Virus record (IMG/VR): IMGVR_UViG_3300043823_000212
Span: 1-36,617 of that record
Source of the DNA: a virus
Lineage: Duplodnaviria > Caudoviricetes
Strand: one strand, 5' to 3'
Length of the DNA: 36,617 nucleotides
The first letter of the stretch is position 1; every line of letters begins with the position of its first letter. The position numbers and the translations under genes are program-made. Below, piece by piece: positions 1-12,300 of this stretch. A model generated the notes under the pieces. The model was not told where the DNA came from. It was given only the letters and a program-made list of their open reading frames with translations, and made no database searches.

Positions 1-2
1 AT

Positions 3-590
3 GAAATCTGGTGGTTCTATGTTAGCGAATCTAGTGGTGGAACCGAAATCGACAAATACATCGTTTATAACTATTTAGACCAATGCTGGTACTATGGAAC
101 GATGAATCGCTCTGCTTGGCTGCAAACTGGTATTAGTCAGTATCCTATTACTGCAGACTACAACAGCCGTCTTTTGTACCACGAAAACGGCAATGATGAC
201 GTATCAACCTCTACTCCACAGCCTATAAATGCATATATTCAATCCTCTGACTTTGATATCGGCGATGGAAACAATTTTGGATTTGTATGGCGTATGTTGC
301 CTGACGTTAACTTTAATACTTCTACTTGTAATAATCCGTCTGTAACAATGCAGCTTTTACCACGATTAAACTCTGGATCAGCCTATAACAATAGCACTGA
401 TGTCACACAAGTTGTTAGTACGCAGAACTTTACAAATGTTCCAGAATATACCGTTAACCAATTTACGGGTCAGGTTTATACCCGTGCACGTGGTCGTCAA
501 ATGGCTATTCTAATTCAATCTACTGGATTGGGTACAGCTTGGCAGGTTGGTGCTCCTCGTATTGATATTCGTCAAGATGGGAGGAGATAA
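3..590 (+). CDS. Tail/DNA-stabilization protein, C-terminal part (P22 gp10 / tail tubular B-like), 5'-truncated
   Basis: Frame is open from position 3 (EIWWFY...YIVYNYLDQCWYYGTMNRSAW) and ends RARGRQMAI...WQVGAPRIDIRQDGRR, typical of podovirus stabilization proteins; lies just before the ejection genes. Confidence 0.7.
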   Translation, partial: EIWWFYVSESSGGTEIDKYIVYNYLDQCWYYGTMNRSAWLQTGISQYPITADYNSRLLYHENGNDDVSTSTPQPINAYIQSSDFDIGDGNNFGFVWRMLPDVNFNTSTCNNPSVTMQLLPRLNSGSAYNNSTDVTQVVSTQNFTNVPEYTVNQFTGQVYTRARGRQMAILIQSTGLGTAWQVGAPRIDIRQDGRR

Positions 591-895
591 TGGCAGATCC
601 AGCATATCAAAAATATAATGGCGCACCGTTAGCTCCAACGCCACCAAACTTGCCTGTTGCAGCGCCAGCAACATACGATACGACCTTTGAGAACCAGATG
701 TTAAACGTCTTGCGCCTCTATTTTAACCAGTTAAATAACTACACTCAGGCGATCGCTACCCCAGAATTTGGTGTTACGGCTGATAGACCGACAACTGGGC
801 TGCAAACTGGTCAGATATTTTTCGATACCACCCTAGATATTCCTATTTGGTGGAATGGAACTAAGTGGGTAAATGCTAGTGGAACGGGCGTTTAA
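590..895 (+). CDS. Small virion/tail-associated protein
   Basis: Coupled to the upstream stop; C-terminal RP-x-G-QIFFDTTL-x-PIWWNG-x-WV motif common in phage tail proteins. Confidence 0.6.
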   Translation: MADPAYQKYNGAPLAPTPPNLPVAAPATYDTTFENQMLNVLRLYFNQLNNYTQAIATPEFGVTADRPTTGLQTGQIFFDTTLDIPIWWNGTKWVNASGTGV

Positions 896-933
896 ATGAT
901 AAACTTACATACAATTGCTAAAAAGGGCATATT

Positions 934-2280
934 ATGAGCGGTGGAAATACAACATCAGAAATCGGACAAGGCCTATTAGGGGCGGGTCTTATTGCATCCA
1001 ACGTTATGACTGGTGGCGCTGATCTACCATTAGATGCAGCCGTTATGCCTGCCGCTGGTGCAGATATGTCTGGAATCATTGCTAGTGGAGCAGCACCTGC
1101 ATATTTGGGAGCTTTATCCGCTGGGACTGGAGCTGATATGTCAGCCATTGCTGCAAGTCCTGAATTATCCGCATCTTATCTAAGCGCATTGGGGAGTGGT
1201 GCTGGAGCTGGTACCGGTAGTTCAGCCCTTAGCGCAGCAAATGCAGCAGATAACTATCTACAAGCTCTTCAGCAAGCAAATCCTAATGGTCCAGACTACT
1301 CTGGCATCATTAATAGCGGTCAATCAGCTCAATATCTACAGTCTTTGAACAATGCTGGCACAGATGTGTATGGCAATATGGGTTCAAGCATGGCTAATTA
1401 TTCCGGTATTGTTAACCCTACTCAAGCTGCTCAAGCAGCGCAAACAACTGCTCAAAATACAGGCACTCCTTGGTATCAACAGTATTGGAATAATCTAACC
1501 CAAACTAATAATCCCGGCGGCGGTATGAATTGGACTCAAAAAGGTACATTGGGTGCTGCGGGTATTGCTACTCTATTAGCCCTTCAAAAATCGGGCGCCA
1601 TGAGGCCGAATTATCTTCCAAACTATAATCCTACAACTGCAGCATCTATGGGATTAAACCGTCAAATGGCATCAAATTATCAGCCTCAAATGGCTAGCCA
1701 ATGGGGATATGCTACTGGCGGTGGCGTTTCTGTAGCTCCCGGTTCTGTATCCTCTCAAGGCGTAGCTCCGTCTGATCTTACACAGACAAGCACGGCATTA
1801 CCATCCCAGCTTCAAGACCTCATGTCTCAATACGGCGTATCCCAACAACAAGCTACGCAGGGCATACAGTCCTTAATGGGAAATACATCCAAATCAGGCT
1901 CCTCATTCGCTTCTGGCGGTGTGCCACATCTAAAAGAGGGTTCTTTTATCGTTCCTGCTGATGTTGTCAGTCACTTTGGTAATGGTTCTACTGATGCTGG
2001 TTTAAGAGCTTTACACGGTCATTTAGGCGCCACTCCAATCATGGGTGATGGAGATGGTATGAGCGATGATATTCATACCAGCATTGATGGAAAACAGCCA
2101 GCTCGTGTAGCGAATGGTGAGGCGCTTGTATCTCCAGATCGTGTTAAAGAATTAGGCAAAGGCTCTACAGATGCCGGTGCTAAGAAGCTATATGCAATGA
2201 TGAATCGTGTCAGGAAAGCCCGTACAGGGACTACGAAACAAGGTAAACAGATTAAAGCGGACAAGTACCTACCAGTATGA
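934..2280 (+). CDS. Internal virion/DNA-ejection protein
   Basis: Ala/Gly/Gln-rich; C-terminal duplicated module (FIVPADVVSHFGNGSTDAG / ALVSPDRVKELGKGSTDAG) around GDGDGMSDDI; virion operon context. Confidence 0.6.
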   Translation: MSGGNTTSEIGQGLLGAGLIASNVMTGGADLPLDAAVMPAAGADMSGIIASGAAPAYLGALSAGTGADMSAIAASPELSASYLSALGSGAGAGTGSSALSAANAADNYLQALQQANPNGPDYSGIINSGQSAQYLQSLNNAGTDVYGNMGSSMANYSGIVNPTQAAQAAQTTAQNTGTPWYQQYWNNLTQTNNPGGGMNWTQKGTLGAAGIATLLALQKSGAMRPNYLPNYNPTTAASMGLNRQMASNYQPQMASQWGYATGGGVSVAPGSVSSQGVAPSDLTQTSTALPSQLQDLMSQYGVSQQQATQGIQSLMGNTSKSGSSFASGGVPHLKEGSFIVPADVVSHFGNGSTDAGLRALHGHLGATPIMGDGDGMSDDIHTSIDGKQPARVANGEALVSPDRVKELGKGSTDAGAKKLYAMMNRVRKARTGTTKQGKQIKADKYLPV

Positions 2281-2684
2281 TCGTTAAATCCGTAGACGTA
2301 GCTTATTGCGCTCAAATATGGCCTAGTATTGAAAAGTACATAGCCGAAGCCAATAAGTACGGCGGTGATGACTATACGTTAGATCAAGTTAAAGCTTATG
2401 TTTGTAGTGGTCAGTGGTTGTTATTAGTAGCAGTAGATGAGCAAGGAGCCATTCACGGCGCGGCAACAGTTAGTTTTCTGAATATGCCGAATGCACGAAT
2501 AGCTTTTATTACCTTTATTGGTGGACGTTTAATATCCAATAAAGATACATATGCTCAGATGGTAAGTATTTTTAAGCAGCTTGGTGCAACAAAAATCCAA
2601 GGTGCTGCTAGAGAGTCTATTGCACGGTTGTGGAGTAGATATGGTTTTGAAGAAAGATACAGAATAGTGGAAGCAAAAATATGA
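2277..2684 (+). CDS. GNAT-fold virion assembly protein (T7 gp13-like position)
   Basis: 135 aa with GNAT-like pattern (WLLLVAVD...FITFIGG...GATKIQGAAR..ARLW.RYGF); ATGA coupling; sits between tail and ejection genes. Confidence 0.55.
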   Translation: MIVKSVDVAYCAQIWPSIEKYIAEANKYGGDDYTLDQVKAYVCSGQWLLLVAVDEQGAIHGAATVSFLNMPNARIAFITFIGGRLISNKDTYAQMVSIFKQLGATKIQGAARESIARLWSRYGFEERYRIVEAKI

Positions 2685-4258
2685 GCATATTTGTATATAA
2701 ACGGAAAGTAATGTCCAATGGTGGCGTAGCCATGGGTGGATCAGGAGGCGGCTCTAGCGGAGGTACCACTACTCAAGCTAATCAATATTCATCCATATCT
2801 CCTTGGGCTCAACCATATGTAAGCTCTATTCTTGGCGGCGCTCAACAGCAAGTATTCCAAACAGATTCTTCTGGAAATATTACTGGTATTAACCCTTATA
2901 CAGCCTATGGACAAAATGGCGCTGGTATGTCTGCTGCAGACCAAGCAGCTGCTCAAGCCTCTGTAGCCGGATTTACTCCACTACAACAGCAAGCATTTAC
3001 TGGAGCATCTAATCTGCAATTGCCCGGACAATATGGCACTGCTACTAATTTAGCATCTACAGCTGGTCAAGGCGCTTTAGGAACTGTAGGACAAGCTGGT
3101 GCATATGGAAGTATGGGTGCTCAAGCTGGAGCACAAAATGCTGGCTTATCCAATATGTATGGCGGTATGGGCGCTCAAATCGGTCAACAGGCAGCTGGTC
3201 AATCAAACATGCTCGGCGGTATGGCTGTAGGACAAGGACAACAAGGTGCTCAGATTGGTCAAAGCCTAGGACAGATGTCGACTAATCCGGGTGCAGTGCA
3301 GTCTTACATGAACCCCTATATTCAGTCGTCTTTAAATCCACAACTGCAATTATTAGCTCAGCAAACAGGCATTAACTCTGCCGCCCAACAAGGAGCAGCT
3401 ACTTCTGCTGGAGCCTTTGGTGGATCACGTTCAGCATTAGCTAATGCATTGAATCAACAAGCCGGTGATTTAGCGGCTCAACAAGCTATTGGATCTGGAT
3501 ATAACACAGCCTATACTAATGCAATGAACCAAATGAATGCTGCCAACCAAGCGGCATTGGCTGGCAATGCTCAGGCTCAATCAGGAATCAATGCAGGACT
3601 TACAGCAGCAAATCAAGCAGGTCAATTAGGTTTAGCTGGAACGCAGCAAGGATTAACTGGCGCTCAACAGGCTGGTCAATTAGGTATCGCTGGTGCACAA
3701 GCAGGGCTCGCTGGTATTGGTGCACAACAAGCTGGTTATGGTTTGGCTAATACAGCTGCAAGTAATCTCGCAAACATTGGTGCTAATCAATTGCAAGCCC
3801 AAGAAGGTATTTATGGATTGCAAAATCAATATGGTACACAACAGCAACAGCAGCAGCAAAATATCATCAATCAAGCAATGCAGAATTATCAAACTGCACA
3901 ACAGTATCCAATGACTGAGTTGCAACAGTTGTCTAGTTTGGGTTCTCCATACATCACAAAAGATGTTACTACAACTCAACAGGCTGCAGCACCTACTCCA
4001 TTCTCTACTTATGCTGGACTTGGTATTGCAGGTTTAGGTGCAGCTGGTGCTGCTTCTAATTCTTCAACATCTGCTGCAAATTCTCAAGCTTTGTTTAATC
4101 AGCAAATGGCGGCTTATCAAGCGCAACAAAATGCTGCTAATGCTGGTGCTGGTGGTGGCGGTAAAAAAGGTGGTTCTGTTAAGAAAAAATCCATTGGCAA
4201 ATATGCTGCTGGCGGTTTAGTTGAATTAAGTCTCTATAATGCATTGAAAGGCGCATAA
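2681..4258 (+). CDS. Internal virion/DNA-transfer (pilot) protein
   Basis: Gly/Ala/Gln-rich 525 aa with YMNPY and AGAFGGSR motifs typical of podovirus ejection proteins. Confidence 0.65.
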   Translation: MSIFVYKRKVMSNGGVAMGGSGGGSSGGTTTQANQYSSISPWAQPYVSSILGGAQQQVFQTDSSGNITGINPYTAYGQNGAGMSAADQAAAQASVAGFTPLQQQAFTGASNLQLPGQYGTATNLASTAGQGALGTVGQAGAYGSMGAQAGAQNAGLSNMYGGMGAQIGQQAAGQSNMLGGMAVGQGQQGAQIGQSLGQMSTNPGAVQSYMNPYIQSSLNPQLQLLAQQTGINSAAQQGAATSAGAFGGSRSALANALNQQAGDLAAQQAIGSGYNTAYTNAMNQMNAANQAALAGNAQAQSGINAGLTAANQAGQLGLAGTQQGLTGAQQAGQLGIAGAQAGLAGIGAQQAGYGLANTAASNLANIGANQLQAQEGIYGLQNQYGTQQQQQQQNIINQAMQNYQTAQQYPMTELQQLSSLGSPYITKDVTTTQQAAAPTPFSTYAGLGIAGLGAAGAASNSSTSAANSQALFNQQMAAYQAQQNAANAGAGGGGKKGGSVKKKSIGKYAAGGLVELSLYNALKGA

Positions 4259-6354
4259 TGATTGGAAGCCTAATGAGCCGCATGGGTACGGCGCAGAACT
4301 TAAGTGTTGCTCAATTAAAACAAGCCGTTCAAGACGGAACTCTTCCTGCATACATTGGCGTTCCAATGATTCAGGATAAGATGAAGCAACAACAAGAAGC
4401 TCAAGCTGGACAACAAGCTCCTAAACAGCCACCAATTGCAGATCAAATTATGCAACAGGCTGGACAGCAAGAAGCTCAACGAGGTATTGATGCTGCACGT
4501 TCTAATCTTCCAGAGATGACTGCTGCTCAAGGCGGTATTATGTCTTATGCTGATGGCGGAGACTTAGATTCTGATCCTGAAAATCAAGAGTACGATGACT
4601 ACATGCAAGAGCAACAAGATCTTCAAGATCTACAGTTTGCTCAAATGGCAGGTCAGAACGCAGAAATGCAAGGAATCGCTAAAGAGCCATCTTATGTTAA
4701 TCAAACTCCTAATGCTGAACAAGGCATTAAGTATTATGGAAAAACAGAATTTGGAATTAAAAAGCCATCAATGGACAAATTGCTTAGCCATGTTCTTCAA
4801 AAAGAAAGCGGCGGCAAAGATTACGATGCTAAGGGTAATCCCTTAACTTCTTCTCGTGGTGCTAAGTATGCTATGCAAGTTATGCCAGAAACTGCAGCAT
4901 CACCCGGATTTGGAATTAAACCAGCTAAGAGCGATAGCCCTGAAGAATACAATCGTGTAGGCCGTGAACTATTGGCTGCTTTAAGCGAAAAATATAAAGA
5001 TCCTGAGCTAGCTGCTGCAGCTTATAACTGGGGATCTGGTAACGTAGATAAGTGGCTTGCTAAAGGTGGCGATAAGTCTAAGATGCCTAAAGAAACTCAG
5101 GCTTATATTGTTGGTGCTAACTTCAAAGAAGGTGGCATTGCCTCAGTTAAACGATTTTATCCGGGTGGTGTTGCAGTAGATGATTTTGGTAATCCAATAT
5201 CAACAAGGGCTGGAACACCAGTAGAAACTCCTGTAGGTGGAGTAGATGAATTTGGAAACCCAATATCCACTAGAACCGCAGCTCCAAAAGTGACTACACC
5301 AAATTGGAATCGTCCAAGCATTCAAGATCTATTGGGTAAAGAAACTCCATCTGGCGTTGAAAGTCCTTGGGGTGCAGCAGAAGCTCCAGCCGCTGAAGAA
5401 GGCATTCTTTCTAGAGGTATTTCAGCACTTCGTCCATATGCTGGCAGAGCATTAGGGGCTCTTGGTCTAGCAACATATAGTCCAGACTTAAATTCTGATG
5501 AAGCTGCAATGCTTAAGAAAATTCATGCTAGTACAGATGAGGCATTAAAACGAGGAATTAAACCCGGAACTCCAATGACTGAGTTTCCAAAAGAAAGCGC
5601 ATCTATTCCTATTGGCACAGGTCCTCTTGGTTTAACTTCAGGAGAATCTGTAGTTGAGCCAACTGCAACAGAAGATAATGTAAAAACAGTAACTCCAGCT
5701 CAATCTGAATGGGACAAGTATTTATCTGGCTTAAATGCTAGCCGTGAAGATTTGAAATCACAAAAAGAAGAGGATAAATATCTCTCCTTGATGGCTGCTG
5801 GATTAGGAATCCTAAAATCAACTGGAGATATTCAGCCCGGTAAAGTTCATACAGCATTTGGTGACATTGCTACTGGCGGTCTGGAAGGTCTTGGCATGTA
5901 CTCTAATCTTGCTAAACAACGCGCTGCTCAAGAAAATGCTCTCAATAAAGAATTGGGTACAGCAATGTACCGTCAGGAAGCGCTTAAGAATGCAGCTCTT
6001 GGTAAAGATATTTCTCAACAAAATAAACAGGCTGAATTGGCGCTTGCTCAAGATCGTATTAATGAAGCCAAAAACCAACATGCACAGCAAAACTTCCAGA
6101 ATGCAGTTAAATTGGTTGGTGCTAATCTGAAAAACAATCTAACAATGACTGATGAGGAAAGAGAAAGAGCAATCTATAGCCATCCAATGGTTGTTGCTGC
6201 TGCTTCCAAAGTACCCGGAATGGACTTATCTCAATTGAATTCTCCGAGCATTCCATCTGGTGCAATTGAAGCATTGAAAAAAGATCCTTCCCTAAGCCAA
6301 CAATTTGATGCAAAATATGGAGCTGGTTCTGCGAGTAAACTATTAGGGCAATAA
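4258..6354 (+). CDS. Internal virion protein with lytic transglycosylase (SLT) domain
   Basis: SLT motifs KESGG, GAKYAMQVMPETA, LAAAAYNWGSGNV, ETQAYI. Confidence 0.85.
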   Translation: MIGSLMSRMGTAQNLSVAQLKQAVQDGTLPAYIGVPMIQDKMKQQQEAQAGQQAPKQPPIADQIMQQAGQQEAQRGIDAARSNLPEMTAAQGGIMSYADGGDLDSDPENQEYDDYMQEQQDLQDLQFAQMAGQNAEMQGIAKEPSYVNQTPNAEQGIKYYGKTEFGIKKPSMDKLLSHVLQKESGGKDYDAKGNPLTSSRGAKYAMQVMPETAASPGFGIKPAKSDSPEEYNRVGRELLAALSEKYKDPELAAAAYNWGSGNVDKWLAKGGDKSKMPKETQAYIVGANFKEGGIASVKRFYPGGVAVDDFGNPISTRAGTPVETPVGGVDEFGNPISTRTAAPKVTTPNWNRPSIQDLLGKETPSGVESPWGAAEAPAAEEGILSRGISALRPYAGRALGALGLATYSPDLNSDEAAMLKKIHASTDEALKRGIKPGTPMTEFPKESASIPIGTGPLGLTSGESVVEPTATEDNVKTVTPAQSEWDKYLSGLNASREDLKSQKEEDKYLSLMAAGLGILKSTGDIQPGKVHTAFGDIATGGLEGLGMYSNLAKQRAAQENALNKELGTAMYRQEALKNAALGKDISQQNKQAELALAQDRINEAKNQHAQQNFQNAVKLVGANLKNNLTMTDEERERAIYSHPMVVAAASKVPGMDLSQLNSPSIPSGAIEALKKDPSLSQQFDAKYGAGSASKLLGQ

Positions 6355-6357
6355 GTA

Positions 6358-9300
6358 ATGGCAAATTATTTTGACCAATTTGACGCTTCACAAGGCGGAA
6401 ATTATTTCGATCAATTCGATGCCTCTAAACAAGAGCAAGAAACCAGCCCACTTACAGGATCCGCTAAAGCTTCTATAGAAAGCATGAAATCGGATATGTA
6501 TGCCCTTGCTGGACGTACTGGCCTTATGGATGTAGAAGAGGCTGAGAAACAGGCTAAAGAGCACGCAGAGAAGTCCAAACAGATTTATAAGCCTACAGAA
6601 CAAGGATGGACAGAAGCGCCTCTAACGAAGGTTAAAGAGCTTTTCGGTGGGTCTATTCCTTACATGGCTCTCCCATTCGTAGCTGGTGCTGCTGCAACCG
6701 TTGCTCCTGAAGCAGCTATTGCTGGTGGTTTATTAACGACTGCTGACCTTGCTGCTGGTGCTATGGGCGTAGCTCAGTTCACAGGCTCTAACTTATCCCG
6801 TCAAATGGATACGGGTAAACACCTAGCCCAGACCAATCTATTAGCCTCTGGTGCTGCTGCTGTTCCTCAAGCCGCATTAGATGTAGTTGGATTCCATATG
6901 ATCCCCGGAGTTCGTAAAATCTTCGGAGAAGCTGGAATGAAGATTACCGAGAAAGAAGCGGAGAACGTTGCTAAGACTGGAATTCAATCTATCGTAGGGA
7001 AAACCCTAGAGTATGGTGGTCAAGCTGCTAAGACTGCAGGTATTGAAGGTCTTAATGAAGCTGGACAACAAGTATTCGAACGATTACAAGCTGGACTTGA
7101 TTTAACTGATGCAGAGGCTCGTCAAGAATATTTTGATAACTTCTTAGGCGGAGCTGTACTTGGATCTGTATTAGCAGTTCCCGGTCATGCTATTGAGAAA
7201 TTAGGACAGCCTAAGCTACAGACTCCAGCACAACCTGCAGAGCAACAGCCTCAAGGAATCGTACAGGCTAATCAGCCTACAGCAGCTCCAGTTACACAAG
7301 CAGGATTAGGTGAAGTTAATCCTATTCCTAAGATCCCAGAGATCACGACTACGCCCACAGGACAGTTGACCCCCGTTGCTACGCCCCCAGCAACTGCTGC
7401 TCCTGTGGCCCCTACACAGGCTCCACAAGCCCAACCAGCACCACAAGCTCAACCAGCTGTTCAACCAATAGCTACACCTGCTCCCAAGCCAGCAGAAGCA
7501 AAAAAAGAATTGGTATATCACGGAAGCAATGCCATTGTTGATGTTCCAGATTTGAATATGTCTGGTAAGGTATCAAAAATACCAGAAGAAGGAAAAGCAT
7601 TTTGGGTTACTCGCAATAAAGAATCTGCAAAAGGATTTGCACAACTAGCAGATGGAAATACTATTAACGAATATCAGATGCAAATCAAAAATCCTTTGAT
7701 GGTTGATGTTCCGGTTAGAGATTATATATCTGGACAATATGCCAAAACCAAAGTTGATATGCTTAATAAAGCAAGATCAGAAGGCTATGATTCTGTCGTG
7801 TTTAAGCAGGCTGGACAAGGAGAAAAATTAGTTCCAGATGAAATTGCTGTTGTTGATCCATCAATACTTTCGTCAACAAGAAATACGTCTACAGAAGCGA
7901 AATCTCCTACTGTTGGTGAGCAAACTCAGGCTGCGTTAAAGGATTTATATAAACAGCAAAGTAAGTTGTCCAATCAAAAGGATGATCTGAATGTCTTCTT
8001 AAGAAAAGTAAAAATCAATACTAAAGATAGAGAAGATATGGGAATACCATCCCATGAGGCTAAGTATTATCCGGGCGTATTCAAAAATGATGCTCAACGT
8101 TTAGATGTATTAATGAATGATGCTATTGGAAAAGGAATTATCAGCGAAGCTGATTTAGCACATGAGCCAGATCCAGTAGAAGCTTTCCGTCAAATGGCTA
8201 AAGATGCTATTAGCGGATCAATTGCTAAGACTCCTCAGAACCTATCTAATGCAGCACAGATTCAGTCTATTCAGGATAAGATTGACCAGTTGGAAAGCAT
8301 TCCTAAAGAACAGTACGGACTTAAAGCTGAGACTGCTGAAGAATCGCAAGCCCGTATTGCACAAGAAGAAGCTGATCGTAGAGCTCAAGAGCATGCTGAT
8401 ATCCAAGCTGAGATGGATGCATTGGCTCAACGTGAGAAAGATGAGATTGCTCAACGTAGCGTTCAACAAGCTGGCACATTCCAGTTAGGGCAAACCCCTA
8501 TGGAGTCATTGACTGGTCAGCAACGATTAGGTCAGGATGATGATATTCCTTTTGAAAGACAGGCAGCTAACCATACACCACAATTTACTGGTGACGCAGA
8601 AGCATTAGGACAAACCCTAAGATCATCATTAAATAAAATGGGATTAGGAAATGTTGGACTTCAACTATCCGATTCATTGAGAGCACGTGTCAATGGTCAG
8701 ATGGAAAACGTCAATGGTGCATATTTAGATAATATGATTGCACTCTCTCTAAACGGAGATGACATCCATAGGACTATGAACCACGAAGCGCTACATGCGA
8801 TGAAGGATCTTGGGTTCTTTAATAATCAGGACTGGCAAACATTGCGAGATAAAGCGGTATCTGATTGGATGAAACAATATAAGATTCAGGATGATTACGG
8901 TCATCTTCCTTTAGATCTTCAGCATGAAGAAGCTATCGCTAAAGCATTCGCAGATTACAAGACTCAGCCTCCAGCAATCAAGTCTATTATGCGCCGTATC
9001 ATTGATGCATTAAAACGTATCGGTAATGTATTGCGTGGTAAAGGATATAGGAACGCAGAAGATATCTTTAAATCAGCGGCAGAAGGTAAATTAAAGCCGA
9101 CCAAAACAGCATCTGCACAAGCTAAATTTGAAAGAACTCCAGCATTCAAAAAATGGTTTGGCAATAGCAAAATTACCAATGAAGATGGTAGCCCTAAAGT
9201 TTTATACCACGCAACAGCTAAAGATTTGTCTATATTAAAGCCCGGTGGTTTTGATGTAACTATGAGTGGCCCAGCGATTTGGATGAGTGACAAAGCTGAC

Positions 9301-12300
9301 ATTCAACCAGCAGCTCATAATATTGGTTCTAGAACTCAAGCATTTAGAGAGGGCGCAAATGTTATGCCTCTCTACGCAAAAATTCAAAATCCATTAGTTT
9401 TAGATGATGATACTATGCTAAATTGGGCAAGAGAATCTTTTGCTAATGGAAGTAAAGAATTTCCAGAAATGATGCCTAAACAATGGGCAGATGCCGTAAA
9501 GAGCGAAGGATATGATGGAATTATTTATTCCACAACAGATCCTAATAATAAGCCATACAATGAAATTATTGCCTTTAATTCTAATCAAGTTAAATCAGCA
9601 ATAGGTAATACTGGGGCATTTAGCCCTGAGAATGCTGATATCCGTTTTGAGATCAATAAGACGACTGAGAATCTTACTAAATTAAAAGAAACTCAGAAAG
9701 CTGGTAAGGTAGTTTCTGATGCTGCTAAAGGCGTATTCAACAACATTCAGAATGATGATTACCGTACAAGTCTTCGTGTAGCTTGGATAGATAAGAACTC
9801 TGGGCTAGCTAAAGACTTGGCAAGCCAACCTACATTTGATATGCATGGTCAGTTACGTGCTGATATGCTGGCTCGTGTACAAGATCAGATGACTAACCTT
9901 ATTAATACAGGATTGCAATCTGGTACTCCTACAGTAAATTCTGACGGAACATTAGGCATTGATCGTTCTGAAAATAACTTGGCTCGTTCACAGATTCTTG
10001 CGGATCAGTTAGATGGTAAGATTTTTAAAGACGGTAAAGCACTATCTGGTCGTCAAGCAATTGCTGAAGTGGCTCGTATCTTGCGTGGAAGAGACATTAT
10101 TACAGAAGATAAAGCTCGTAATGCTCAAGGCGTTCAACAATTAGAACAAGCCAAAGCATTAACAAAAGAGTTAAAGCGCTTACAAAAAGAAGCTGAAGGC
10201 AAGTTATCCGTTAAGAAAACTAAAGAATTCCTCAATGCAATCAAGTATTTGCGTGAAGAAGGGTACAAAAATAGGGATCTTAAACGAGAGCTTCAAGTAA
10301 CTCCTGCTCAGATTAAATGGGCTGAAGAGCAAGTTAAGAATTCTCAAGTCAAAGAAGTATTAGATATCTGGCGCAATGTAAATCATTCCTTAGTAAATCT
10401 ATGGGAAGAGGTTGGTCTATTTACGAAAGATCAAGCGGACGAATATCGTAGCCGTGATACCTATGTTCCATTGTTTAAGTCCATTGAAGACTTAGAGAAC
10501 GGCGTTAATGGTGGCTATGGCGGTAGTGGCGTTAAGAGCGTTAAAGCAGTTAAAGCGCTTAGAGGTTCCGAAGCAGTGCGTAATCTATGGGAAAACATGG
10601 ATAGACATTATGCGTCCATGATTGCTGCCGCTTATCAAAACCAAACTCGTAAAGTTGCTACGAATCAATTAAAAGCTTTAGGCGCTGCTGAAGTGGTTGC
10701 GCATGACAATCCTGATGTAAATCTACGCTACAGAGATCCTACCGATCCTAACGCAGATGCTAAAGGCATCGTGAGTGCGGTTATATTTAACCCAAATACG
10801 CTAGCTGCATTCCAAATGATGCACTATGAGTTAGGCCCAGTTCTCAAGGCTTTCTCTGCTACTACTAAGGTTCTTCGTGCTGGTGCTTTGATTAATCCGA
10901 TGTACTGGATTAAACAGCTTATCCGTGATCCGATTCATGCTACTTTAGTAGCAAATAGCGGCATCGTTACGCCATTCCATGCCATTGGTGATTACGTCAA
11001 TATCCTTCGAAGCGATTCTCCAGAGGCTCGTATTCTTGCAGAGCGTGGAGTTATTGGACAGATTGACTCTACTGTAGATATTCATGACTTCTTGAAGCAT
11101 GTAGGAAAAGAACGTCAAGAAACAGGATTCTTAAGCAAAGCTAAACATAAGATCATGCAGATGCATGAGGCTTCTGATGCTGCTACTCGTGTATCCATCT
11201 ATAAGAAAGCATTTAAAGAAGCAACTGCACAGGGAATGAACAAAGACCAAGCCACTAATTATGCGGTTCATAAGGCTCGTGAATCTATTAACTTTGCCGC
11301 TCGTGGTAACTCTAAAACATTAAATACAATTCGTCATTGCATTCCATTCGTATCTGCACAGCTAACCTCATTAGACTCCGTATATAGAGCTATGTTTGCA
11401 CACCATCTTTCTGGAGCTGAAAGAGAAGAAGCAAAACGTGCATTCAGAAATATGGCTTTGACTATGACGGCGATGTCTCTAGCATATGCTTGGATGTATA
11501 GCGGAGATGATGACTACAATAAAGTTCCAGATACTGTCAAGGATAATAACTGGTTAATGCCGAATCCATTTGATAAGGGTTCTTTTATTCGTATTCCTAT
11601 TCCATTTGAAGTGGGATATATGTTCAAGGTTCTTCCTGAAGCTGGAGCTCGTTTCCTGATGGGTAACAGTACTGGACGTGAAGTTCTTAAATCCTATGCT
11701 ATTGGATTGACAAATAATATCCCCGGATGGAGTGGTGGTGGAACTGGGTTACCTCAAGGTTTAAGACCTATTTGGGAAACGGTTGCTAACTATTCAACCT
11801 TCACAGGTAGACCTATTGAAGGCATGAGCGATCAGGGTAAACCCGTAGAATTCCGTGGAGAAAAAGCTACTGAAACAGCTCGTTTATTAAGTCACTATGG
11901 ATTAAAACATTTAGGACTTTCTCCAGCCAAGATTGATAATCTGATTCAAGGATACTTTGCAGAACTAGGAACTATCTCTAATCAAGTAGCAAGCCGTGCT
12001 ATCTCAGAGGCTGAGGGCAAACCTATGCCTGCAATGAATATCGAAGAGATGCCATTCTTCAGAACCTTTATGACTAACCCTAATTCATCTAAGGCTGTAG
12101 CAGACTTCTATGAGTTAGATCATAACGCTGGACAGCTCTATACTGAGTTCAATGCTTTGAAGAAGGCTGGACAAGGCGCACAAGCTAAAGAGCTATTATC
12201 TGACGAGCAAAACAAGAAGATGATTGCTGCCGCTCCAATATTGCGCAGGATACAGACTCAGATGACTAATATCCACGCCGCTATTAATCAAGTTCAAGCG

